Below are positions 21,973-33,028 of a stretch of DNA of 64,000 nucleotides, piece after piece. Each line of letters begins with the position of its first letter. Position 1 is the stretch's first letter. A program made the position numbers and the translations under genes. The stretch is from an uncultured Actinomycetes bacterium (lineage in GTDB: Bacteria > Actinomycetota > Thermoleophilia > UBA2241): NCBI GenBank assembly GCA_963755025.1, contig CAVWIH010000030.1:1-64000 (forward strand). The letters are read 5' to 3'. A model generated the notes under the pieces. That model was not told the origin of the DNA. It did not search any database and saw nothing but the letters and a program-made list of their open reading frames with translations.

Positions 21973-23285
21973 ACCTCGGTGCGCGTGCGCAGCAGGGGGT
22001 AGAGACAGGCGCCCGCCAGGCCGAGGCCGACGATCACCAGGTAGGTGACGTGAAACCCGAAGTGCGCCAGCAGCAGGCCGCCGAAGATCGGTCCGAGCGA
22101 GCCCTGGCCGGCCATCCAGACGAAGGTCCAGGCGCCCATGTAGCGCCCACGGAGCTCGACGGGGGCCAGGTGGGCGACGATCGTCGAGGTCACAGGCCCG
22201 AAGATCGCCTGGGCCAGTCCCAGCGCAGCGATCGTGACGAGCAGCGGCCAGGCGGCCGGCATGAAGGCCGACAGGCCGATGCCGCAGCCGAACAGCACGC
22301 TCGCGACGGCGACCTGATACATGGGGTCCAGCCGCTTGATGGCGCGCACGCTGGGGTACTGCGTGACGACGATCACGAGCGCCATGTACGACATGAGCAG
22401 GCCGTAGTCGGCCCGGGGCACGTGCAGGTAGCCCGTGAGCAGCACCGGGAAGGTCGAGTAGGTCTGGCCGAAGATGAACAGCGGCAGCAGCGAGACCGCG
22501 CAAAAGGCGAAGAAGCGCCGGTCGCCGAGCACGCGACGGTAGCCTTGCGGCGCCGCGGCGGTCTTGCGGCGGCGCGAGCGGCGCCGGCTGGGAATGCGGA
22601 TCACGTCGCGCACGCCGTAGACCGGGGGGCCTTCGCTTATGCTCGTCGAGCGCACGTGGCGCGCCACCCGGGGGCGCGTCTCGCGCAGGGCGACCAGCGT
22701 GAACACGAGAAAGGCAAAGCAGCCGGCGCCGGCCAGCAGGAACAGCACGGGGAGCCCGAAGCCGGCGGCCAGCAGCGCCCACGCGATCAGCGGCCCGACG
22801 ATCTCGCCGGCGCCGATCATGAGGCGCACGAGGCTGTAGCCCTCGGGCCGCAGGCGGGCGCGCACCAGGTCGGCGACCATGGCGTTGCTCGCGGTGAGGA
22901 ACAGCGGCCAGCCCAGGGCACGGTCGCAAAAGACGGCGAGGCAGACCGGCACGATGCCGTGCACGAACGCGAGGCTGCCGTACATGATCCCCGAGAAGGC
23001 GGCGCAGACGATCATCACCGCGCGCCGCCCGAACCGGTCGCTCAAGCTGCCGGCCAGCGGCTGCAGCGGCAGGCCGGCCAGCGCCGTGCCGCCGATGATC
23101 GCGCCCACGACCGCCATGGACACGTCGAGGCGCCCTTTGATGAGGATGGCCGTGTAGGGAAACGCGGTGCCGATGGCCACGAGATAGAAGAACGTGCCCC
23201 CGACGAGCAGCCAGAACTGCCGTGGGAAGAGCCGCGCCTGGCGCGCCAGCCGCCGCCTTCTGGAGTTCTGTTCAGCCTTCCGCAC
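21942..23285 (-). CDS. MFS transporter
   Basis: GSLSDRFGRR, AMVADLV and LAPVELRGRYMG motifs, with about 12 TMs. Confidence 0.88.
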   Translation of the reverse strand: MRKAEQNSRRRRLARQARLFPRQFWLLVGGTFFYLVAIGTAFPYTAILIKGRLDVSMAVVGAIIGGTALAGLPLQPLAGSLSDRFGRRAVMIVCAAFSGIMYGSLAFVHGIVPVCLAVFCDRALGWPLFLTASNAMVADLVRARLRPEGYSLVRLMIGAGEIVGPLIAWALLAAGFGLPVLFLLAGAGCFAFLVFTLVALRETRPRVARHVRSTSISEGPPVYGVRDVIRIPSRRRSRRRKTAAAPQGYRRVLGDRRFFAFCAVSLLPLFIFGQTYSTFPVLLTGYLHVPRADYGLLMSYMALVIVVTQYPSVRAIKRLDPMYQVAVASVLFGCGIGLSAFMPAAWPLLVTIAALGLAQAIFGPVTSTIVAHLAPVELRGRYMGAWTFVWMAGQGSLGPIFGGLLLAHFGFHVTYLVIVGLGLAGACLYPLLRTRTEVARRRVAATP

Positions 23286-23428
23286 GATGATCGCGCCGTC
23301 AAGGCTAGCGCAAAGGGCGGGGCGCCGCGACCCGAGGCGCCGCAGCCCGATCCGGGGCTGGCCGGGCGTCGCGTGACGCCGGGCTCGGGCACTTATCCGA
23401 GCGCCGCGCGACGCGGCCCAGAGCTCGC

Positions 23429-24370
23429 CTAGGTGACGAGCACGACCTTGCCGAGCTTGCCGGGGGCCGCGAAGGCCTCGTAGGCGCGCCGCGGCTGGTC
23501 GAGCGGAAACGTCGCGCACACGGGCACGCGTACTCGCCCGGCGGCCAGCAGCGGGAGCACGTGCGTGCGCAGCGCGGCGAGCACCGCAGCCTTCTCGGCC
23601 AGCGTGCGCGAGCGCAGCGTGGAGCCGCGCAGCTGCGCGCGCTTGCCCATGAGCTCGAACAGGTCGAGCGACAGCTCGGCGCCGCCACCCAAGCCGATGA
23701 TCAGCACCCGCCCCTGGCCGGCGAGCGCCGACAGGGCGACCTTGAGGCCGGGACCGCCGACCAGCTCGAGCACGACGTCGTACGGGCCGTGCCCGGCGAC
23801 CTCGGCGGGGTCGATCACGGAGTCCGCGCCGAGCGCGGCGACCGCCTCGCGCCGGGCGGCGGCGCGCACCACGGCCGTGACCCGCGCGCCGGCCGCGGCG
23901 GCGAGCTGCACCGCCGCGCTGCCCACGCCGCCGCTCGCGCCGCTCACCAGCACGCGCTCGCCGAGCGTGAGCCCGGCCTGACTGAACAGCGCGTCGAAGG
24001 CGGTCGCATAGACCTCGGGAAACCCGCCCGCCTCGGGCCACGACAGCGCGGCGGGCGCGGGCAGGGCATGGGTCTCGTCGACCGTGGCGAGGCTCGCTTG
24101 GCCGCCGCCGCCGACGAGCGCCATGACGCGGTCGCCCACGGCGAACCGCGTGACTCGGCGGCCGATCGCCGCCACCTCGCCGGCCAACTCGAGGCCGGGG
24201 ATGTCGGCGGGCACGCCGGGCGGCGCGGGGTAGGCGCCCCGGCTCTGGGCGAGGTCGGCGCCGTTGACGCCCGCGGCGCGCACCGCCACCAGGAGCTCGG
24301 TGTCGCCCGGCACGGGGTCGGGCCGCTCGACCGCGTCGAGCCGCCCGTCGTGTATGACTACCGCCTGCAC
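23429..24370 (-). CDS. MDR-family NAD(P)H:quinone oxidoreductase
   Basis: AAGVNGAD, PGLELAG, GASGGVG and GKVVL motifs. Confidence 0.9.
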   Translation of the reverse strand: MQAVVIHDGRLDAVERPDPVPGDTELLVAVRAAGVNGADLAQSRGAYPAPPGVPADIPGLELAGEVAAIGRRVTRFAVGDRVMALVGGGGQASLATVDETHALPAPAALSWPEAGGFPEVYATAFDALFSQAGLTLGERVLVSGASGGVGSAAVQLAAAAGARVTAVVRAAARREAVAALGADSVIDPAEVAGHGPYDVVLELVGGPGLKVALSALAGQGRVLIIGLGGGAELSLDLFELMGKRAQLRGSTLRSRTLAEKAAVLAALRTHVLPLLAAGRVRVPVCATFPLDQPRRAYEAFAAPGKLGKVVLVT

Positions 24371-24392
24371 GCCGCACCCACCTCCGTGAGGG

Positions 24393-24653
24393 CTACTTGG
24401 CGACCACCTGCGAGAGCGCCGACTTGACCAGACGGACCTGCTTGCGGTCGGCGATCTCGACGATGACGAAGGTGTCCTTGACCTGGCGCACGGTGCCGCA
24501 GAGGCCGTCGACCGTCACGATCTGGTCTCCCTTCTGGACGGCGGCGATCATCTCCTGCTGGGCGCGCCGCTTGCGGCGCTGCGGGCGCAGCATGAAGAAG
24601 TAGAAGACTCCGAGCACGACGACGACGTAGGCGAACAGGATGACGATGCTCAC
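24393..24653 (-). CDS. yajC: Preprotein translocase subunit YajC
   Basis: Single TM followed by FMLRPQRRK...GDQIVT..GLCGTV. Confidence 0.85.
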   Translation of the reverse strand: MSIVILFAYVVVVLGVFYFFMLRPQRRKRRAQQEMIAAVQKGDQIVTVDGLCGTVRQVKDTFVIVEIADRKQVRLVKSALSQVVAK

Positions 24654-24820
24654 TTCGGTGTTCCGCCTCCTTTGGGAGACTTAGGGGGACGGGCCCGCGA
24701 TCTCTCGGGTGGCCGGCGACAAGGCGACGCGCGCCCGCCGCCGGCTCGCTGGCCGTAGCGACACTAACGTTTCAGGCCTCAGTGTATCCTGCCCGCAGGT
24801 CAGGTGAACCTTTCGGCGCG

Positions 24821-24838
24821 CTTAACATGCCTTAACCG
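24821..24838. promoter_or_regulatory. Direct-repeat operator CTTAAC-N4-CTTAAC (copy 2)
   Basis: CTTAACATGCCTTAACCG in the divergent region between yajC and the membrane-protein gene. Confidence 0.55.
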
Positions 24839-24924
24839 TCACGAGCCGACCCTAACGCTCGCGGCCCTGTTGACCGCAGGACCGCGGGTGGGTACCGTCA
24901 AGCAAGAACCGGGTACCGAACCGG

Positions 24925-25605
24925 ATGGACGCCACGCTTCCGGCCATGGGTGGCGCGGGCGGCTCCAGACAAGGGGTGTGCACCACGTTACGCAGACGAC
25001 CCCCGCTTGCGACCATCGCCGGACTTGCGGCCATCATCATGAGCGTCGCGCTTGCCCTCGTGGCCTACGCCTACTATCCGTGGGCCTTCAGCCCGGCGGC
25101 CAACTGGATCTCCGACCTCGGCAACACCATCCTGAGCCCCCGCGGCTCCATCTTCTTCCGCCTCGACATGATCGCCCTGGGCGCCATGCTGGCCGCCTTC
25201 TTCGTGGGCCTGCGCACCTGGGCCCACGGCCAGGGCATCTTCGTCAAGCTGCTGATCGGTGTCGGACAGCTCGCCGGGCTCGTCGGCGCCGGCGCCGTGG
25301 TCATGACCGGCATCTTCTCAGAGAACGACTACGCCGCTCACGCCCTGTGGGCGACGGTGCTGTTCATCGCGCTGGCGACGGCGGTGTGGTTCATCGGCTG
25401 GGCCCATGTGTGGCACCCCGGGCTGTCGCAGCGGCTGAGCTACCTCGCCTTCACGGTGTGCGCCGTCGACGTCGTCTCGGTCGTCGAGCGTCGCCACTGG
25501 CTCGAATGGGTCGCGGTCGGCCTGCTGCTGTGCTTCGTGGGCGCCGTGTCTCTGGGCACCTGGTCGATGACCCCGACCCCGAGCCGGGTACCGGGCGACC
25601 GCTAA
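24925..25605 (+). CDS. Membrane protein, DUF998/Frag1-like
   Basis: NWISDLG, GIFSE..H and EW motifs, with about 5 TMs. Confidence 0.65.
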   Translation: MDATLPAMGGAGGSRQGVCTTLRRRPPLATIAGLAAIIMSVALALVAYAYYPWAFSPAANWISDLGNTILSPRGSIFFRLDMIALGAMLAAFFVGLRTWAHGQGIFVKLLIGVGQLAGLVGAGAVVMTGIFSENDYAAHALWATVLFIALATAVWFIGWAHVWHPGLSQRLSYLAFTVCAVDVVSVVERRHWLEWVAVGLLLCFVGAVSLGTWSMTPTPSRVPGDR

Positions 25606-25716
25606 GGCGCCACCAGCGCTCCGGTGCCACGCGACCGCTACGGCGGCGGCGCTCCGGTACCGCGCGACCGCTACGGCGGCGGCGCTCCGGTGCCAGGCGA
25701 CCGCTCAAGCGCTCCG
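25589..25716. repeat. 33-bp tandem repeat, 3-4 copies, overlapping the DUF998-like stop
   Basis: GCGCTCCGGT...GCGACCGCT units at 25616, 25649 and 25682, plus a partial copy at the gene end. Confidence 0.85.
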
Positions 25717-25740
25717 TCCCGACTGAGCATCCGCCAACGA

Positions 25741-25768
25741 CAAACGGCCGGCGTGAGCCGGCCGTTTG
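25741..25768. terminator. Bidirectional intrinsic terminator-like hairpin
   Basis: CAAACGGCCGGC-GTGA-GCCGGCCGTTTG, a perfect inverted repeat between convergent genes. Confidence 0.7.
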
Positions 25769-25800
25769 TACGACGTTGGCGAGACTGCGACCCGACGGCC

Positions 25801-27743
25801 TTACGAAGGCGAGTCGGCCGGCAGCGGCGGGCCCAGCCGCGGCTGCTGCGGCGTCGGAGTGCGCCTCTCGCTGGGGCTGTCGCCGGTGCTGCGCTGGCGG
25901 GCCTTGGCGTCTTTCTCGCGGAAGACCTCTTCTTCTGGGGTGCCGGCCAGCAGCGCTTCGAACTCGCCGCGTTCGAGGGTCTCGCGGTCGATCAGGTCTT
26001 GGCCGTGGAGTCGAGCTGCTCGCGGTGGTCGTGCAGCACGGCGCGGGCGCGGTCGTGGGCCTCTTCGATGATGCGCCGGATCTCGCCGTCGATGGCGCGC
26101 GCGATCTCTTCGGAGTAATCGGGCTCCTGCGAGAAGTCGCGGCCCAGGAAGGGCATCGCCTGGTTGTGACCCAGGGTGCGGGGGCCGAGCTTCTCGCTCA
26201 TGCCCCAGCGCATGATCATCTGCTTGGCGGTGTCGGTGGCCTTCTCCAGGTCGTTGGCGGCGCCGGTGGTGATCTCGCCGAACTGGATCTCCTCGGCGGC
26301 GCGACCGCCCAGGGTCATCGCCAGGGTGTCGTTTAACTCACCCATCGTGGTCAGGAACTTGTCTTCGGCGGGCAGCGAGATGGTGAAGCCCAGCGCCGCG
26401 CCGCGGCTCACGATGCTGATCTTGTGCACCGGGTCGGTGTGGGCCAGGAAGTGACCCACCAGGGCGTGGCCCATCTCGTGGTAGGCGGTGATCGCCTTCT
26501 CTTTGTCGGAGAGCAGGCGGCTCTTCTTCTCGGGGCCCGCCAGCACGCGCATGATGCCCTCTTCGAGCTCGGGCATGTCGATGATCTTGTGGCCCCGCCG
26601 GGCGGCCAGCAGGGCGGCCTCGTTGACTAGGTTGGCCAGGTCGGCGCCGGTGAAGCCCGGGGTCTGGGCGGCCAGCGTGTCCAAGTCGATGTGCTTGGCG
26701 ATCGGCTTGCCGCGGGTGTGCACGGCGAGGATGTCCTGGCGGCCCTGGCGGTCGGGGCGGTCGACCACGATCTGGCGGTCGAAGCGGCCCGGGCGCAGCA
26801 GCGCCGGGTCGAGGATGTCGGGGCGGTTGGTGGCGGCGATCAGGATGATGTTGTCCTTCATCTCGAAGCCGTCCATCTCGACCAGCAGCTGGTTCAGGGT
26901 CTGCTCGCGCTCGTCGTTGCCGCCGCCGAACCCGGCTCCCCTGTGACGGCCCACGGCGTCGATCTCGTCCATGAAGATGATGCAGGGCGAGTTCTGCTTG
27001 GCCTGGGCAAAGAGGTCGCGCACGCGCGAGGCGCCGACGCCCACGAACATCTCGACGAAGTCGGAGCCCGAGATACTGAAGAAGGGCACGCCGGCCTCGC
27101 CGGCCACGGCGCGCGCCAGCAGCGTCTTGCCGGTGCCGGGAGGGCCGAACAACAAGACGCCCTTGGGGATGCGCGCCCCGAGCTGCTGGAACTTCTTGGG
27201 GTTCTCGAGGAACTCCTTGATCTCCTCGAGCTCCTCGACGGTCTCGTCGATGCCGGCCACGTCTTTGAAGGTGACTTTAGGCGCGTCGACGCTCACCTGC
27301 TTGGCGCGGCTCTTGCCGAAGCTCATGACCTTGGAGCCGCCGCCCTGCATGCGTCGCATCATGAAGATGAAGAAGCCGATGATGATCACGAGCGGCAGGA
27401 GCAGCGTGAGCAGGCTCGTCCACGACGAGCTGCCGCTCTTGGCGGTGACCGCCACCGAGGGGTGCTTGGCGAGCAGCTGCGAGAGCTGGGTCGCGTCGGG
27501 GTAGTTGATCGTGTACGTCGTCTTGCTGGGGTCGTTCAGGGCGACCTGGATGGTCTGCGCCGTCGTGTTGACGAGCACCGTCGACACCTCGCCCCTGTTC
27601 AACTGACTCACGAAGCTCTGGCTCGTACCCTGGAAGGGGTATTTGACGTTGCTGCCGTTCTTGTTCTTGATGACTGCCTGCACGACCACGATCAAGATGA
27701 CGATGATCAGCAGGGGAATGATGACGCGCCGCAATCTGCTCAC
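25801..27743 (-). CDS. ftsH: ATP-dependent zinc metalloprotease FtsH (1-nt frameshift near 25995)
   Basis: Two TMs, [32 protein letters not shown] and HEMGH. The tail ([12 protein letters not shown]...) continues in a shifted frame to TAA at 25801. Confidence 0.95.
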
Positions 27744-28011
27744 GTCGGCTCTCTCTTCACTCTCGGGTACAGGATTTCCGGGTTCCTCTTTGTTCCTCGT
27801 TGAGAGGCTGGTCAATCACACGCCGCTCCGCGACGCGGGGAACCGACACCAGACGCTCCGCATGAGCGTCGCGGCCCGCCCGGACTGCCGCCGCCGCAAA
27901 CGGCGGCAAACGGCCGGACCCTCCCGAGCGGCGCACGCCGTCGCAGGGACCTTACCCATGCTACGCCGGTCGGGGGCCGGCGCGCGACCTTTTAGCCGGC
28001 GATCGACTGCG

Positions 28012-28800
28012 TCAGTCGGCCAGGGCGTCGGCGATCACGTGGGCCGCGTCGTCGATCGGCACCGCCGTGCCGGCGCTGCCCGGGTCGCCGGCCGGCGCGC
28101 CGGCATGGTCGACGACGGCCAGCACGCGGCCGGAGGCGTCGAAGAGCGGGGCGCCCGACCGACGGGCCAGCGACGGGCCCGACAGCACGATCGCCTGCAG
28201 CGCGACCCCGCTCGTCGCGCGCACCAGGCGACGCGGGGTGGCCACGACGAGAGCAGCGGTCGCAGGCGAGGCCGCCAGCGGGTCGCCCAGCGCGGTCAGC
28301 GGCTGCCCCGCGCGCAGCCCGTTCGAGTCGCCCATGGGCAAGACGACGAGGCCGGCCGCCTGGGCCGCGGCGACGCGGATCACGGCAAGGTCGAGGGTCG
28401 CGTCGACACAGACGATGGCGCCCACCGTGCGCTGCTCCCGCCCGGCCGACTTATAGATCACCACCGCCGTCTTGGCGATGGCGCCGTTCCGGTCGACCAG
28501 GCGCGCGCTCGTCAGGATCAGCGTGGGCGAGACGGCGAAGCCCAGACCCCGCGGCCCGGCGCCGTTGTCGACGGCGCGCGTACCGCCGGCGGCGGGCGTC
28601 ACGGCGACGACCTCTACCACGCCCCGCTCGTAGCGCTGGTAGACCTGCTCCGCGGTCAGCACCGCGCCGGGCGACGACGAAGCGGGCACGCCGGCCTGGG
28701 CGGCGGGCTGCGCCGCGCTGCCGCAGGCGGCCGTCAGGCAGACGAGGGCGACGAGCAGCGCCGCACACGCAAACGCAGCCACGAGCAGCTTCGTCGACAC
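28012..28800 (-). CDS. Trypsin-like (S1C/HtrA) lipoprotein with degenerate catalytic motifs
   Basis: Lipobox LTAAC, GLGFAV, ILTSARLV, DLAVIRV, LPMGDS..L.AG and RRSGAPLFD..G.VLAV. Confidence 0.7.
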   Translation of the reverse strand: MSTKLLVAAFACAALLVALVCLTAACGSAAQPAAQAGVPASSSPGAVLTAEQVYQRYERGVVEVVAVTPAAGGTRAVDNGAGPRGLGFAVSPTLILTSARLVDRNGAIAKTAVVIYKSAGREQRTVGAIVCVDATLDLAVIRVAAAQAAGLVVLPMGDSNGLRAGQPLTALGDPLAASPATAALVVATPRRLVRATSGVALQAIVLSGPSLARRSGAPLFDASGRVLAVVDHAGAPAGDPGSAGTAVPIDDAAHVIADALAD

Positions 28801-29019
28801 CCCTTCGCCTCCTCAGGTCGCGAGTTTCATTCCCGAGTATGGCCTGGTCGTGCGGGAAAGCCGTTTATCGGCGAGTGAGCGGCGACTAAGCGGCGGCGGG
28901 AGGCTACGTACGGGCGCGCGCGTGCAGGCGGCCGCCCCACGGCAGCGAGCCGGACCGATCCTCGGCTGCGGTCCCCGACGGCGAAACCCGGAGCGGTTCG
29001 GCGCGCGAACGAGGCCGCT

Positions 29020-29625
29020 CTAGAGCCAGCCGCGCTCGGCGGCAAGGCGGGCCGCTTCGACCCGGTTGCGACCGCCGGTCTTGGCGATCGCCGTCGAGAG
29101 GTAGTTGCGCACCGTGCCCTCCGACAGCACGAGGCCGGCGGCGATGTCGGCGACGGTGGCGCCCTCAGCCGCGCGCTGCAGCACCTCGCACTCGCGCCGG
29201 GTCAAAGGGTTGGGCCCGGCGGCCAGCGCCGACGCGGCCAGCGCGGGGTCGATGACTCGCGCGCCGTCGAGCGCGCGCCGGATCGCAGTGGCGAGCTGCT
29301 CCGCCGGCGCGTCCTTGACGAGGAACCCGCTGACGCCCGCCTGCATGGCGCGGGCGAGGTAGCCCGGCCGTCCGAAGGTGGTGAGGATCAGCACCTTGCA
29401 GCCGGGCAGGGCGGCGTGCAGCGCCTCGGCCGCCTCGAGACCATCGATGCCCGGCATCTCTATGTCGAGCAGAGCGGCGTCGGGGCGCGCGGTGAGAGCC
29501 GCGGAAACGACTTCGTCGCCGCGGCCGACCTGCGCGACGACCTCGATGTCGGGCTCAAGGCCGAGCAGGGCGGCGAGCGCCCCACGGACCATCTCCTGGT
29601 CCTCGGCGAGCAGCACGCGGATCAC
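29020..29625 (-). CDS. NarL/DesR-family response regulator
   Basis: LLAEDQ, LLDIEMPG, LTTFGRPGY and a LuxR HTH (LSEGTVRNY). Confidence 0.93.
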   Translation of the reverse strand: MIRVLLAEDQEMVRGALAALLGLEPDIEVVAQVGRGDEVVSAALTARPDAALLDIEMPGIDGLEAAEALHAALPGCKVLILTTFGRPGYLARAMQAGVSGFLVKDAPAEQLATAIRRALDGARVIDPALAASALAAGPNPLTRRECEVLQRAAEGATVADIAAGLVLSEGTVRNYLSTAIAKTGGRNRVEAARLAAERGWL

Positions 29626-30983
29626 GACGCACCGCCCTCCGGACGACCGGCCGGCGCGGCGGCGGTGGGCTCGGGCGCGGCGGAGGTCGGGGTAAGCTCG
29701 GTCGCGCCCGGCGTCGTGATGACCGGCTCAGCCGCGGCCGGGCGGCCGGCCGGCACGTCGACCGTGACCGCGAACCCGCCGGCGGCACAGGGGCCGGCGG
29801 TGAATCGACCACCCGCGTCGGCGACGCGCTCGGCAAGGGCGCGCAGTCCGGTGCCGTCGTTCGCCGGCGGCACGCCCCCCACACCGTCGTCGCGAACCTC
29901 GAGGCGCACGCCGGAGACCGTCCGGGCGAGCGTCACGCAGACGCCGGCGGCACCGCTGTGGCGCACGATGTTGGTCACGGCCTCGCGCAGCACCCGGGCG
30001 AGCAGCGTCTCGACGTCGGCCGGCAAGGCTGTATCGTCGACCTCGGCGCGCAGCTCGATGCCGGCGGCATCGAGGGCGCTGCGCCCGCGCTCGAGCTCGG
30101 CCGCAAAGGAGCGGGCGCGGTAGCCGGTCACCGCCTCGCGCACCTCTTCGAGGGCGCGGCGCGCGATCTGCTCGACGTCGTCCACCTCGACGCGCGCCGC
30201 GGCGCCCGACTCGTCGCGGTCGAGCAGCCGGCGGGCGAGCTCGGCCTTGAGGACGATCACCGACAGGCTGTGGCCGAGCAGGTCGTGCAGGTCGCGGGCG
30301 AAGCGCAGACGCTCTTCGGTCACGGCGTCGGCGGCCGCCAGGCGCGCCACCTCGCCCTGCGTGGCGCGCAGCTCATCGATCAGCAGGCCGCGCCGGCGCA
30401 GCAGCAGCGAGATGAACCCCGCCATCACGATCGACAGGGCCCACGACCCGGCGGTGACGAGCCCGGTGGTGTCGGACCGCCCCACGACGACGACGACCGC
30501 CGAAGTGACCGCGACGCCGGCCACCGCCGCCGGCGCGAAGCGCAGGGGGGCCGTCGCGGCGAACGTCGCGACGACGAAGATGAACAGCACGACCCAGTCC
30601 GACCCGTAGGCCAATGTGGTCGCCACGGCCAGGCCGATCATGACGACCGCGACCCCGCCCCGCAGCCAGCCACTCCCTCGAGGGCCGGCGAAGGGGTCTT
30701 CGACGGGCCCCGGGTGGGGGTGCGTCTCGACGAAGACGGCAAAGCACGCGGCGAAGGCGACGAGCGCGCCGCCGGCCAGCCACGCCGGGTGCGCCGTGCC
30801 GGCGATCACGTCGCCGGCCGGGGCCGCCAGGGCGAGCAGAAAGGCGTAGACGGCGAGGTGGGCCGGACGGCGTTTCGCCTTGCGGCCCGTCACCAGCTGC
30901 TGCGCTGTCCTTGCGTCACTCACGATCGCGGGGCACCTTTCCGAGGCTTGGCGTGCGGCGGCGAGCGGCGCGCCTGACGCCAT
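29622..30983 (-). CDS. DesK-like HisKA_3 sensor histidine kinase
   Basis: TM sensor, ERLRFARDLHDLLGHSL, REAVTNIVRHS and DDGVG. Confidence 0.92.
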   Translation of the reverse strand: MASGAPLAAARQASERCPAIVSDARTAQQLVTGRKAKRRPAHLAVYAFLLALAAPAGDVIAGTAHPAWLAGGALVAFAACFAVFVETHPHPGPVEDPFAGPRGSGWLRGGVAVVMIGLAVATTLAYGSDWVVLFIFVVATFAATAPLRFAPAAVAGVAVTSAVVVVVGRSDTTGLVTAGSWALSIVMAGFISLLLRRRGLLIDELRATQGEVARLAAADAVTEERLRFARDLHDLLGHSLSVIVLKAELARRLLDRDESGAAARVEVDDVEQIARRALEEVREAVTGYRARSFAAELERGRSALDAAGIELRAEVDDTALPADVETLLARVLREAVTNIVRHSGAAGVCVTLARTVSGVRLEVRDDGVGGVPPANDGTGLRALAERVADAGGRFTAGPCAAGGFAVTVDVPAGRPAAAEPVITTPGATELTPTSAAPEPTAAAPAGRPEGGAS

Positions 30984-31020
30984 TGTAAGCGCTAGCTCGC
31001 CGCTCGCCCCGCTGCCCGCG

Positions 31021-31751
31021 TCAGACCCGTTGCGTGTCGCGCCTGTAGGCGCGCACGGCGAGCGCCGAGAGCACCACGCTCCACACGGCGACCACCGCCC
31101 AGCCCTTGGCCGGCCAGGCCTGGCCGCCGAGCGCCACGTGGCTGGCCTGGATCAGCCAGTACGACGGCAGGCACTGGCCGACGTCGTTCAGCAGGCCGTG
31201 ACCGAGGGGGAACCAGGTGCCGCTCACGAAGGCCAGCATGGCCGTCAGGCCGCCCACGGCCGGCCCGATCGAATCGACCGTGAGCAGGTGGCCGAGCAGG
31301 ATGCCGAGGGCCGCCAGCGGGATCAGCGCGACGATCATGAGCAGGGTCATGTGCAGCCAGTCGGCGGCCGGCAGGCGCACGCCGAGGGCGCTGCCCGCGA
31401 CGTAGAGCAGGCCGACCGTGAGCAGCGCCATGAGGTAGCCGGTCAGGACCTTCGTGCGCAGGTAGGCCCGGGTCGTGAGCGGCGTGATGCGCAGCTGGCG
31501 GTTCCAGCCGACGGCGCGTTCGCCAGCGATGCGCGTGCCGCTCGAGAGGATCGCCGCCATGGCGCCGAACGCCGCCAGGCCGACCATGTAGTAGAGCGGC
31601 GCCGAGATGCCGGTGCCGGCGAAGTCGCTCACGCCCCGGTTGGGCAGCGCGATGAGCAGGTAGATGACGAGCGGGAACCCCAGCGACATCACGAAGAAGC
31701 GCTTGCTGCGGAAGGTGCGCAGCAGCTCGAAGCGCGTGTAGGCGTAGGTGT

Positions 31752-31755
<4 letters not shown>
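31021..31755 (-). CDS. ABC-2 type transporter permease
   Basis: 6 TMs and ERAVGWNRQLRITP. Overlaps the ATPase stop. Confidence 0.9.
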
Positions 31756-32789
<1,034 letters not shown>

Positions 32790-32862
32790 CACTCGCTCAC
32801 TTCCCGTTCGCTGGCTGAAAGCTGTGAGGCCGAGTGTACGGCGCGACGGCCGGCGGACAGTA

Positions 32863-32899
32863 GTGCCGCCGGTCACGACTTCGACGTGACGTTTGTCAC
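32863..32899. promoter_or_regulatory. Putative NarL/DesR-type operator: palindrome GTGAC-N4-GTCAC plus a degenerate second site
   Basis: GTGACGTTTGTCAC at 32886-32899 and GTGCCGCCGGTCAC at 32863-32876, upstream of the ABC/two-component operon. Confidence 0.55.
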
Positions 32900-33028
32900 A
32901 ACAAGCGAAGGCGCGAGGCGAACGACAGGCTGGCGCGAGGCTGGCGCGAGGCCGGCGTGAAGCCGGCGCGACCGGCCCGGAAGAGCCCGCGCGAGGCCGG
33001 CGCGACCGGTCGGCGCGGGCGCTTGCCC

